IMG/VR virus record: IMGVR_UViG_2531839665_000023
Source: a virus
Lineage: Duplodnaviria; Heunggongvirae; Uroviricota; Caudoviricetes
Reading direction: 5' to 3' (one strand)
Length of the DNA stretch: 45,588 nt
Positions 1 to 8,094 of the stretch are shown here, piece after piece. Under the pieces are notes generated by a model. It was not told the DNA's origin and did no database searches. It worked only from the letters and a program-made list of their open reading frames with translations. The position numbers and the translations under genes are program-made. Each line of letters opens with the position of its first letter. Position 1 is the stretch's first letter.

Positions 1-90
1 TTGCCTCCCCCCCGTTGATGGGTAAAATAGCCGCAATTTTTCGTTTTCAACAAGCGCGGCGCGATGCCGCTTACTCAAGAAGAAAGAATT

Positions 91-165
91 ATGACGTTGT
101 CTCCTTATTTGCAAGAGGTGGCGAAGCGCCGCACTTTTGCCATTATTTCTCACCCCAATAATTAA
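91..165 (+). pseudogene. prfC: prfC 5' remnant: native start and first 21 codons of peptide chain release factor 3, then two foreign codons and TAA
   Basis: ATG at 91 translates [24 protein letters not shown]-stop; this is the RF3 N-terminus as recalled, cut just before the GTP-binding P-loop; divergence near 153-160 marks the junction with inserted DNA. Confidence 0.75.
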
Positions 166-318
166 GCCTAAGTTAAAGCTCTTTTACTTTTTCAAAGTCC
201 TTTCAGTTAATTGAGGTTTGGCTGTATAACTCATTTAAATACATTTAGTTATGTGGATTCTTTAATTGAAAATTCTTTCATGTAACTTTAAATCGATCAG
301 GTTGCTTTCATCAAAAAT

Positions 319-381
319 CTGTACATATGCTTGTACATAATGTACAAAGCGGCAGAGGTGTTTTGCGATTTGTACAAGGTG
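319..381 (+). promoter_or_regulatory. Four TGTACA-containing repeats directly upstream of int (candidate Int arm-type sites or int promoter operator)
   Basis: TGTACA at 320-325, 333-338, 341-346, 371-376; near-palindrome TTGTACATAATGTACAA at 332-348; int ATG at 386. Confidence 0.3.
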
Positions 382-385
382 AGTA

Positions 386-1609
386 ATGGCGCTGTCTGAT
401 GCGTGGTTGCGTTCAGTCGTTGGAAAGGAACGTGATAAGGTTTTGGTTAAATCCGATCGTGATGGTCTGTCTGTCAGAGTATCACCGAAAGGTCGCGTAG
501 TGTTCCAATATCGTTATCAATGGGCAGGGAAAGGTGAGCGTCTTGATATCGGAACTTACCCGGCAACTGGATTAAAAGAGGCCAGAGAAGAAGTTATCCG
601 TCTCCGTGGTGAACTCGAGTCAAACCGTAATCCACGATTGGTCAAGCAGGCTGAAAAACGAAAAGCTACTGAAGCCATGACGGTAGAGTCTGTGATCCGT
701 GCCTGGTATGAAGCATATTGTGTAAAAAATAAAAAGGGGTCTGAACAGATACTCCGCTCGTTTGAGCTGCACCTGTTCTCTAAAATCGGGAATATCCCTC
801 ACGATACAGCTACATTGCATGATTGGTTAGAAGTCCTGGAGCCTCTTAGCACTAAGACTCCAGCAATAGCAGACCGATTGCTAATTAACGCAAAGCAGGC
901 CCATGTCTGGGCGTATAAGAGAAAGCTCATTGAAACTCGCCCGCTGTCGGATATCACGGGTAAAGATATGGATATCCGTAAAGGTCAGAAGAAACGGTTT
1001 CTGACACATGATGAAATTAAAATCCTTTATGCTGCGATCGATGGTTCTCGAATGGTTCCTAAATACCGGGCCTTCATTAAACTATTGCTGCATTTTGGCT
1101 GCCGTAGTTCAGAGCTAATTACCGCCAGGGTGGACGATTTTGATTTCATTAATAAAGTATGGACTGTACCACCAGAACGACATAAGACTGGGGCGATAAC
1201 AGGCGAACCGCTAAAGCGGCCCATTATTGAACCGGTTGAAGAGCTTATAAAGTACGCTATCTCTATGAACAATGGTTCCGATATGCTTTTTACTAAGGAA
1301 GGAAGCAGGGAACCCGTTGGTCGGACATCATTGCAGTCGCTGCCTTACAATTTAATGCAGTACGCATGGCGGCGTTTGGGGTATCAATTCCCTCATTGGT
1401 CTCTTCATGATTTGAGGCGAACAGCACGAACAAACTTTTCTGATCTTACTGCGCCTCATATTGCAGAAATAATGCTCGGTCATAAACTGCCAGGGGTATG
1501 GCAGGTTTATGACAAGAGCGATTATTTAGAAGAACAGCGTAAAGCTTACCAGGCATGGTGGGAGAGAGTTGAATCGATCGTTACTCGTACCAGCTCAGAC
1601 TCCAACTGA
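386..1609 (+). CDS. int: Tyrosine site-specific integrase, P4-like family
   Basis: 407 aa; N-terminal arm-binding-type region (LSVRVSPKGRVVFQYRY), C-terminal catalytic motifs including HDLRRTARTN; sits next to the host/phage junction. Confidence 0.93.
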   Translation: MALSDAWLRSVVGKERDKVLVKSDRDGLSVRVSPKGRVVFQYRYQWAGKGERLDIGTYPATGLKEAREEVIRLRGELESNRNPRLVKQAEKRKATEAMTVESVIRAWYEAYCVKNKKGSEQILRSFELHLFSKIGNIPHDTATLHDWLEVLEPLSTKTPAIADRLLINAKQAHVWAYKRKLIETRPLSDITGKDMDIRKGQKKRFLTHDEIKILYAAIDGSRMVPKYRAFIKLLLHFGCRSSELITARVDDFDFINKVWTVPPERHKTGAITGEPLKRPIIEPVEELIKYAISMNNGSDMLFTKEGSREPVGRTSLQSLPYNLMQYAWRRLGYQFPHWSLHDLRRTARTNFSDLTAPHIAEIMLGHKLPGVWQVYDKSDYLEEQRKAYQAWWERVESIVTRTSSDSN

Positions 1610-1709
1610 CAGTTTGTGTTGAGCGAAGAGTGGAAGTTTGTAATGATTGATACAACTGATAAAGGTAATATTTAAATCGAGGTATGTTAATCAATGAGGA
1701 GCAGGTTAT

Positions 1710-2162
1710 ATGAGTCTTTCACGATTTTTATTGAAGATAATTCCATCCTCCTTCCTGAAGGAGGATGATGCTACTCAAAAAAAAAGTAATGAATTTATTG
1801 CTGAAGCCACATTCGGTTCTAACTTAGTCGATGGAGAGCCGACTTGGAAATGGGCTGAAGAACATAAAGATGACCTTGAGGTAATGAAACGATGCTGTGA
1901 TGCTGAACTAATAACAATGAAAAAATGTGGTTTAGTTCCTGCTCCTTATTATTTTGAGCGTGTTGCTATTCTTTCAAGAAAGAATAGTGATTATAGACAG
2001 GAAATATTTTATTGCGAGCAATACATTAAAATGGTTGAGGATTTTTATATTCAAAATGGAACACTAGGAATCGCTGATGTGAGAGAAAGTCCAAGGTTTA
2101 AGAGAATAGTAAAAAGATTGCAGCAAGCCAAAAAACTTTATGCAAAACAAATTTCTTTATAG
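1710..2162 (+). CDS. Hypothetical protein, first gene of AT-rich cargo cassette
   Basis: 150-aa ORF with GAGGAG Shine-Dalgarno about 10 nt upstream; visibly AT-rich versus flanking int; no recognised domain. Confidence 0.6.
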   Translation: MSLSRFLLKIIPSSFLKEDDATQKKSNEFIAEATFGSNLVDGEPTWKWAEEHKDDLEVMKRCCDAELITMKKCGLVPAPYYFERVAILSRKNSDYRQEIFYCEQYIKMVEDFYIQNGTLGIADVRESPRFKRIVKRLQQAKKLYAKQISL

Positions 2163-2203
2163 AAAAGCTCTTTGTCTTGAGAGCGTAAATTATAAGGGGT
2201 GAA

Positions 2204-2686
2204 ATGGGGTATTCATTTGAAATTACGTCTTCAATAGACCTTTTAAACGAACTATCTTGCAGAGTGGATGATTATAATAATAACAATTTATCATCTGGAA
2301 AAGCGGTAGTTTGCTCTATTTTTTGTTGGCACCTCGTTGAGTGGATTTATCATGAATATGATGATCAACTCTCAGAGTTCAAAAGATTAAGAGACTTTCA
2401 AGAATATGTAAAAAAAGCATGTGTTTCGCTATCTTTTATTCAAGCGGTGGCTAATGGGAGTAAGCATAGAGGAATCAATCGATATAAGCCAGCGGTGAGG
2501 TCAACTGAGCGAAAAAATGGAGCATTTTCATCAGGTTTTTCGAACGATTTTGATATCTCCCATTTAGTAATGGAAATAGAGGATGGAAAGTTTGTATACT
2601 TTCAAGAAGAAATAAATAAAGCATTATCCTTTTTGAAAAGTTATTTAAATGGATTAACAAATAATCCATTGATTAATAAAGAGTAA
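2204..2686 (+). CDS. Hypothetical protein, second gene of AT-rich cargo cassette
   Basis: 160-aa ORF with AGGGG Shine-Dalgarno; AT-rich; tandem with 1710-2162; no recognised domain. Confidence 0.6.
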   Translation: MGYSFEITSSIDLLNELSCRVDDYNNNNLSSGKAVVCSIFCWHLVEWIYHEYDDQLSEFKRLRDFQEYVKKACVSLSFIQAVANGSKHRGINRYKPAVRSTERKNGAFSSGFSNDFDISHLVMEIEDGKFVYFQEEINKALSFLKSYLNGLTNNPLINKE

Positions 2687-2707
2687 TTCTATCATCGTCA
2701 GATTTTG

Positions 2708-2746
2708 GGCACAGAGCAGACAGTTAGACTGGTTTGGCTCTGTGCC
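2708..2746. repeat. Perfect 10-bp inverted repeat (GGCACAGAGC / GCTCTGTGCC) with 19-nt loop between convergent transcription units
   Basis: Read directly; lies between cargo gene stop (2686) and the stop of the minus-strand AlpA-like gene (2782); no U-tract on either strand. Confidence 0.5.
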
Positions 2747-2781
2747 ATCTATGTGTCAGCTCATATCGGAGCTGGTTTATG

Positions 2782-2976
2782 TTACTCAATAACTCCCGCA
2801 AACCTGTAAATCTTGCGTGATGCCCATTTATTTGGGCAGGATTTAATATCAGGATCTGGAAAGTCTGGCCTGTATTTCTGGCCAGTTCTCCTGTTTACGC
2901 TGTTCCAGCGAAGAACTGTCGATACTGAAACTCCACAGAAGTTGGCGACTTGTTTAGTTGTCATTAAGTTGTTCAT
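2782..2976 (-). CDS. AlpA-family small HTH DNA-binding protein (putative excisionase/regulator)
   Basis: 64 aa; TTKQVANFCGVSVSTVLRW HTH followed by FPDP...W motif typical of AlpA/Xis-like proteins; last gene of leftward early operon. Confidence 0.65.
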   Translation of the reverse strand: MNNLMTTKQVANFCGVSVSTVLRWNSVNRRTGQKYRPDFPDPDIKSCPNKWASRKIYRFAGVIE

Positions 2977-3596
2977 TACTTTACCTCCTGCGGCGGCTCC
3001 GGTAGCGGCATCCAGTGGGTTACTTTCGATGCCGGTTCTTCCACATCGTCAGTAACTGCCCACCATTTGTTTCTCGACCAATCGTAATACCCTTCGAAGG
3101 TATCGCACTCAGTCCAGCCGTAAGACTTCCCCCAACACCAAACATACTGTTTATCGTCCGGCATTCGCTCACTACAGCTTATCCAACCATCCGGAGTTAC
3201 CGGAGAGTTGCCCGACAGCTCGTTCAACTTGTAAGTCTGGCTTACAGGTTCGGTACCATGAAGCATGGCGGCGCGGCAGGCGTTCCAGCCTTCATCAAAG
3301 CCGACTATGCCATTATTTAAAGACGGACGAACATCTGGCACCATCGGCACTGGCTTGGCTATATATAGCGGCTGAACATACCAGCCCTTTGATAACCAAC
3401 GGTCAGCAATGTTTTTACTCCGTGTTATTGCCGGAATACCTAAGCCATTGTCTGAATGCAGCCATGCCACCGGTTCTGCTTCCAGCGATACCAAAGCAAT
3501 TTCATAAGCACGGCGCTCAATATTGTCTCGCACATCCAGACTGCCTATGCGCTCTTTGATTTCTTTAATCAGTTCTTTGTCGGTAAATGTGGTCAT
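2976..3596 (-). CDS. Phage early protein with C-terminal DUF551-like domain
   Basis: 206 aa; Trp-rich C-terminus ending HWMPLPEPP; translationally coupled to neighbours. Confidence 0.7.
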   Translation of the reverse strand: MTTFTDKELIKEIKERIGSLDVRDNIERRAYEIALVSLEAEPVAWLHSDNGLGIPAITRSKNIADRWLSKGWYVQPLYIAKPVPMVPDVRPSLNNGIVGFDEGWNACRAAMLHGTEPVSQTYKLNELSGNSPVTPDGWISCSERMPDDKQYVWCWGKSYGWTECDTFEGYYDWSRNKWWAVTDDVEEPASKVTHWMPLPEPPQEVK

Positions 3597-3958
3597 TATG
3601 CCCCTGCCTCCGGTGCCTTTGGTATTACTGCCCAGTGAGTGATATTGACGTTTTCAAGATCCCCGACCTGAAATGTCCACTGCCATTCTCCGGTTTCTTT
3701 TTGTCCCCAGGTGTACCAGAGAGAACGCCAGCCAATTAGCCAGCCTTCTCCGTTAGCATCGAATAACAAAACACTTTCATTTGCTGGTGGCAGTTCAGTT
3801 GACACTGATATTACTTTGTTTTCCTGTGCTGCACATTTAGCTTCAAGCGCATCGAATTTACGCACCAGGTATTCAGCATCTGTTTCATTTACTTTCAGAT
3901 CTCGCGGTACACATCTCCCACGAAGAAACCCTTCCATTTCGAAAACATTCATGCGCAT
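3596..3958 (-). CDS. Phage early protein, DUF551-like (YfdS-like)
   Basis: 120 aa; Trp-rich C-terminus ending HWAVIPKAP; same operon. Confidence 0.65.
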   Translation of the reverse strand: MRMNVFEMEGFLRGRCVPRDLKVNETDAEYLVRKFDALEAKCAAQENKVISVSTELPPANESVLLFDANGEGWLIGWRSLWYTWGQKETGEWQWTFQVGDLENVNITHWAVIPKAPEAGA

Positions 3959-4485
3959 TTGCGTAACTCCGATAACTCGTTAAAGCGTTCCATAAACATC
4001 CCGTAGGCATGGCCCGGTGCCAGTGGAATCACGTTGAACATCTCTGTTGCCGGGATACCTTCCAGTACAGGCCAGAAAGAGCCATCATCAAGCCCGAGAT
4101 CGCGGCGTTCGGTTGCCAGCATGATGAGATCGGCATATTTCACGGGCGTACTCATAACTGGGGGTAATCCGTATTTCTCACGGATTACGGAGTCTATTTT
4201 TTCTTCCATTTGTTTATAGTCAGGAAGAAGGCGTTTCAGTGGTGCGGGAATGTCCTGGCAATACGCTTCTGTTGCATCATGCATTAACGCTTCAAAAGCA
4301 AATTCCTGCGGCACCAGCTGGCTGCAAAGAACCGCATGTTGGGCGACGCTGTAGAAGTGCGAAAGATGACCGGCAAAGCGACAGATATTTGAAAGGGAAA
4401 CCGCGATATCGTTAATATCGATGTCGTCTTTATTTATCCTGTCATAATAAAAATGCTTCCCGGAAAAAGTTTTAATAAATGACAT
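3949..4485 (-). CDS. HD-domain phosphohydrolase (YfdR-like)
   Basis: H...HD metal-binding motifs (SVAQHAVLCSQL, MHDATEAY); start trimmed to the ATG preceded by GGAGAA, giving 178 aa. Confidence 0.8.
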   Translation of the reverse strand: MSFIKTFSGKHFYYDRINKDDIDINDIAVSLSNICRFAGHLSHFYSVAQHAVLCSQLVPQEFAFEALMHDATEAYCQDIPAPLKRLLPDYKQMEEKIDSVIREKYGLPPVMSTPVKYADLIMLATERRDLGLDDGSFWPVLEGIPATEMFNVIPLAPGHAYGMFMERFNELSELRKCA

Positions 4486-4612
4486 TTTGTTCTCCACGTA
4501 TATGCGCTGCACCGCGCTGAGTTTGGGTAAAAGGAAGCCCTCACCATCCGGTGATTATTGAGTTAATTACGTTTCCATAAATGCCCCCGCAGGGGCATTT
4601 GCAGTAATGAAA

Positions 4613-5437
4613 TCAGGCGGTGAAAGTACCAATAAAGGTTTCTACTTTGCTGTCTTTGAATTTCTCAACAAGCAGATCACGAAATTCGTTAGCCATATCT
4701 TCCTGCACTGCTTCCAGCTGAATAATGCGCAGAACCAGTACAGGACGATCGCCAGTGATAATGCTGAGGCGTAATTTAAACGGACGTTCTTTCAGACCTT
4801 CAAACGGAACGCATTTAAATTCAAATGCCACTGGCATAATGTCTTTGGTCTTCGCTTCGACAGATTCCATCAGGGAGCGTTTGCCGCTGAAGTCATTATC
4901 TTCAAAATCAGCGGTCTGGTTTGCTTCAATCGTGATTTTACGGATTGCCGCAGCCGCTTTTGTTGCCTGAATGGCGTCACCATTAGCATCAAAGCCCACA
5001 AGGTAGTCGGCCCAGTCTTCAATCCATTCTGCCAGTGATTTCTGGGAGTTACGCTCGCCGTTAACAGACAACAGGGCAGAGAACGGTGCTGTCTTTTTCA
5101 GTTTGAGAGTGGCGGTGTTATCTGCGTGACCTGGTTCATCAATAGTACCCAGGTTAAGCACACTGACGGCACGCATATTATCAGCATCGATAAAGCAGCG
5201 GGTGCCTTCATCTGCAAGATCTTTAGAATAACGGGTAAAGTCATCGATGCTGGCAGTGGAAAGCGCGCCACGGAAACGGAAGCGATTTAAATTAAATTTT
5301 TCCAGATCATGAATGCGGAAATTCTCAGGCAATGCCACAGCATCGGCACCAATCTTACTGATAATTTCATTAACACCCTGAGCAGAAATAAGGGCATGGA
5401 TTTGATTAATTGCGGTTGCGTCTAAGTTCTGAGACAT
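4613..5437 (-). CDS. DUF2303-family phage early protein (YfdQ-like)
   Basis: 274 aa; size and sequence character match the CPS-53 YfdQ-type protein as recalled. Confidence 0.7.
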
Positions 5438-5502
5438 AATAAGTCCTCACTATATAAAGATATTCAGTGATGAGATAAATAATCAGTTAATTAAGAACGA
5501 TA

Positions 5503-5865
5503 TTAATGACCTGCTGCGCGTAGTTTTCCGTCAGGTTCACCGGCAAGAGTCAGTAATTGTCCCTGGTCTTCCTGCAGAATAGTCAGGCGACCACCGCGAT
5601 TGACATACATCGGCGTTTCGGTGGTGTCTTCTTCGGAAATTTTCCCGCGGTTAGTCGGGCGAACATATGAGAGTTTGTGTTTGATTTTCACACGGTTCTC
5701 ATCAAATGGTTCGATTTCCAGGTTGAGTGAGACCTTACCTTTGGTTTTCGTGTTCATCACACCGGAAGCGACTTCACTGAGAACTGCGCCGATTTTGGTT
5801 TCAAATACGCCGCCGTCCAGCTCCCCGATAAATGCCTGCACATCAGTACTGCGTTCGCTAGCCAT
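5503..5865 (-). CDS. Hypothetical early-left protein (first gene after PL leader)
   Basis: Track ORF trimmed to the ATG at 5865 preceded by GAGGAG; 120 aa. Confidence 0.65.
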   Translation of the reverse strand: MASERSTDVQAFIGELDGGVFETKIGAVLSEVASGVMNTKTKGKVSLNLEIEPFDENRVKIKHKLSYVRPTNRGKISEEDTTETPMYVNRGGRLTILQEDQGQLLTLAGEPDGKLRAAGH

Positions 5866-6000
5866 TTTGCTGCTCCTCATCATATCGACCCTGCAAGGTC
5901 GGTTGGTTTCTCCACAAAACAGAGAAGAACACCTGCGGTGGCAGCCGCCCGGATGGATTGGGTTATGAACCCGTCGTCCGGTGATGCTCTTCTCTGTTTT

Positions 6001-6048
6001 GTAAAAAGAGCGGTACCAGCCGGAAGCAAGTGTACAAACTGGTACCGC
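6001..6048 (-). terminator. Candidate intrinsic terminator in PL leader (tL-like)
   Basis: Minus strand: GCGGTACCAG - 19-nt loop - CTGGTACCGC followed by TCTTTTT. Confidence 0.5.
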
Positions 6049-6370
6049 CAAAGCAGTGGCTGTTGTGGTGGGGTTGTCACTCAGGCGTATGGTCAACCTG
6101 ACAATCCGGTGTCCTCAACGGGGAAAGAGTAACCCCGCCATACTTACCGCCGCGCCATTTCGCGGATTACCACAACGCTGAGAGCACTTAGCCAGTTACG
6201 GCACCACACTTTGTCGCGGCTCCATAAATGCCCTCATCGTTGCACCCTGGTCTCTTCCCAGGCGTCAAACCGGATCGCCACGCTGGTTAGGCGTCTTATC
6301 AGCATCATCATTGACTTGCACATTCCGGCTACCTGGTTTGTTTGCCCGAGCAAGAAGTGGATTGTCCCCT

Positions 6371-6451
6371 TTAACGTCCCCAGACCGCTAACGACGCATG
6401 TGCCATACGCCGTGTTACAACCAAATTTTGTTTGAATCTTGCCTGCCTCAT
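6371..6451 (-). CDS. Candidate 26-codon Arg-rich mini-ORF at the start of the PL transcript
   Basis: Minus-strand ATG at 6449-6451 about 10 nt downstream of the predicted PL start; encodes MRQARFKQNLVVTRRMAHASLAVWGR; weak ribosome-binding context. Confidence 0.2.
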   Translation of the reverse strand: MRQARFKQNLVVTRRMAHASLAVWGR

Positions 6452-6466
6452 GTTTCTTTTGGATAC

Positions 6467-6494
6467 ATTATGTACCTCATAGGTACATTGTCAA
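6467..6494 (-). promoter_or_regulatory. PL-like early-left promoter
   Basis: Minus strand TTGACA (6489-6494), 16-nt spacer, CATAAT (6467-6472); operator palindrome occupies the spacer. Confidence 0.55.
6471..6487. promoter_or_regulatory. OL operator, 17-bp palindrome TGTACCTCATAGGTACA
   Basis: Same half-sites as the two OR palindromes at 7226 and 7276. Confidence 0.55.
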
Positions 6495-6496
6495 GT

Positions 6497-6520
6497 ATAA
6501 AAAAACCTGCCGAAGCAGGT
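6497..6520 (-). terminator. Intrinsic terminator downstream of cI
   Basis: Minus strand hairpin CCTGC-TTCG-GCAGG followed by a U-run (A-run on plus strand) directly after the cI stop. Confidence 0.7.
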
Positions 6521-6533
6521 TCATAAATATTGA

Positions 6534-7208
6534 TTAGGCCTTTATTGTGTATCTTCTTGGTTTTCCCGAGAAAATCACTGTACCAATTATAGAGCAATTA
6601 CCGTTAATCTTAATGTAAGGCTCAGGCCAGTTTGGGTTTAATGCTTTGAGATAACGCTGTGTTCCATCTTCTATCAATCGCTTGAAGGTGGTTTCGCCTG
6701 TATCGTGCATCAATGCAATAACGTCGTCACCGTGGCAGGCAGGGACTTCGGGATCAACAAAAATCATGTCTCCAGGGCGGTACTCATCAATCATTGAATC
6801 ACCAATCACCCGCAAGATATAAGTCATTTCGCCACAGGGTACAGGGCAGGGATACGTTTCTGCTGTGCTCAAATCAACCTCAGAATAGCCAACTTCTTTC
6901 CATGCTCCGGCCTGTACCCATGATATGACAGGGACTAACGTTATTTGTTTGTTAGTGATTGAAACATCAGGTTTTTTTGTGATGTTCGTTGTCTGGTGTT
7001 CTTGATCAAGCCATCCGACAGGCAGGTCGAAACATTTTTCGATGTGCCGTGCCATGCTGTCACCGATATTTTTAGTAGCGCCATCCCCCATAAACCTGCT
7101 GGTTTGGGTTGGCTCGCGATCAATCATGGTGGCAAAGGATGAATTTCCGCCAACACCATCTCTCAGTTTTCTGGCGTTAGACCGCCGGATGTCATGGATT
7201 GTTTTCAT
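6534..7208 (-). CDS. cI: CI-type prophage repressor, HTH plus S24 LexA-like autopeptidase
   Basis: 224 aa; N-terminal HTH; QAGAW (Ala-Gly cleavage site), GDSM serine and downstream lysine (TFKRL). Confidence 0.9.
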   Translation of the reverse strand: MKTIHDIRRSNARKLRDGVGGNSSFATMIDREPTQTSRFMGDGATKNIGDSMARHIEKCFDLPVGWLDQEHQTTNITKKPDVSITNKQITLVPVISWVQAGAWKEVGYSEVDLSTAETYPCPVPCGEMTYILRVIGDSMIDEYRPGDMIFVDPEVPACHGDDVIALMHDTGETTFKRLIEDGTQRYLKALNPNWPEPYIKINGNCSIIGTVIFSGKPRRYTIKA

Positions 7209-7225
7209 AACGAAATTAAAACCTT

Positions 7226-7242
7226 TGTACCGATAAGGTACA
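7226..7242. promoter_or_regulatory. OR operator, 17-bp palindrome TGTACCGATAAGGTACA
   Basis: Between divergent cI and cro starts; overlaps predicted PRM -35. Confidence 0.55.
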
Positions 7243-7248
7243 AGTATC

Positions 7249-7276
7249 TTGAAGGTTCATTTCAATCATGTAATAT
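7249..7276 (+). promoter_or_regulatory. PR-like early-right promoter
   Basis: TTGAAG (7249-7254), 16-nt spacer, TAATAT (7271-7276), operator immediately downstream. Confidence 0.5.
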
Positions 7277-7292
7277 GTATACCGGAGGTACA
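7276..7292. promoter_or_regulatory. OR operator variant TGTATACCGGAGGTACA
   Basis: Shares GGTACA half-site; covers the predicted PR start site and the cro ribosome-binding site. Confidence 0.5.
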
Positions 7293-7298
7293 TATTGT

Positions 7299-7499
7299 AT
7301 GAAAGCGTATTGGGACTCTTTAACCAAAGAACAGCAGGGCGAGTTGGCCGGAAAAGTTGGCTCAACACCTGGCTACTTACGGCTGGTTTTCAATGGTTAT
7401 AAAAAAGCCAGTTTTGTGCTGGCGAAAAAACTTGAGCAATGCACGTCAGGTGCAATTACGAAATCTGACTTAAGACCGGATATCTATCCGAAAGATTAA
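7299..7499 (+). CDS. cro: Cro-like small HTH regulator
   Basis: 66 aa from the ATG preceded by GGAGGT; divergent from cI across the operator region. Confidence 0.75.
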   Translation: MKAYWDSLTKEQQGELAGKVGSTPGYLRLVFNGYKKASFVLAKKLEQCTSGAITKSDLRPDIYPKD

Positions 7500-7530
7500 C
7501 AGAACACCTTCAATTTTTAACCACAGAACG

Positions 7531-8094
7531 ATGAGGCTAACCGTGGGTAAGTATCACTGGAAAGTAGAAAAACAGCCTGAGTGGTACGTGAAAGCTGTCA
7601 GAAAAACTATCGCAGCGTTGCCGGGTGGTTACGCTGAAGCAGCTGACTGGCTGGATGTAACAGAGAACGCATTATTTAACCGCCTTCGTGCCGATGGCGA
7701 TCAGATTTTCCCGCTGGGATGGGCAATGGTTTTACAGCGTGCGGCTGGCACTCACTACATTGCGGATGCTGTCGCACAGTCTGCTGGTGGGGTGTTCGTA
7801 TCGCTTCCTGAAATTGAGGAAGTAGAGAACGCCGATATAAACCAGCGCCTGCTGGAAGTCATCGAACAGATCGGGAATTACTCAAAGCAGATTCGTTCGG
7901 CAATCGAAGATGGGGTCGTGGAGCCACACGAGCAGACAGCAATTAATGATGAGTTGTATCTGTCAATTTCGAAGCTCCAGGAGCATGCAGCACTGGTCTA
8001 CAAAATCTTTTGCGCTCCAGAAAAGAGTGACGCCCGCGAGTGTGCAGCTCCGGGCGTCGTGGCGTTTTGTGTCTGTGGAGAAACTAACGCATGA
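7531..8094 (+). CDS. Putative CII-like early regulatory protein
   Basis: 187 aa; position directly after cro; family assignment from memory only. Confidence 0.45.
   Translation: MRLTVGKYHWKVEKQPEWYVKAVRKTIAALPGGYAEAADWLDVTENALFNRLRADGDQIFPLGWAMVLQRAAGTHYIADAVAQSAGGVFVSLPEIEEVENADINQRLLEVIEQIGNYSKQIRSAIEDGVVEPHEQTAINDELYLSISKLQEHAALVYKIFCAPEKSDARECAAPGVVAFCVCGETNA

Noticed and set aside
1-385. Looked for a tRNA gene at the integrase-proximal junction
   Set aside because: No cloverleaf-compatible sequence; the junction is within the prfC coding region instead
5880-6435. Track ORFs 5880-6080 (minus), 5938-6132 (plus), 6211-6435 (plus) in the PL leader
   Set aside because: No ribosome-binding sites, wrong strand for two of them, and compositionally implausible products; region treated as structured leader
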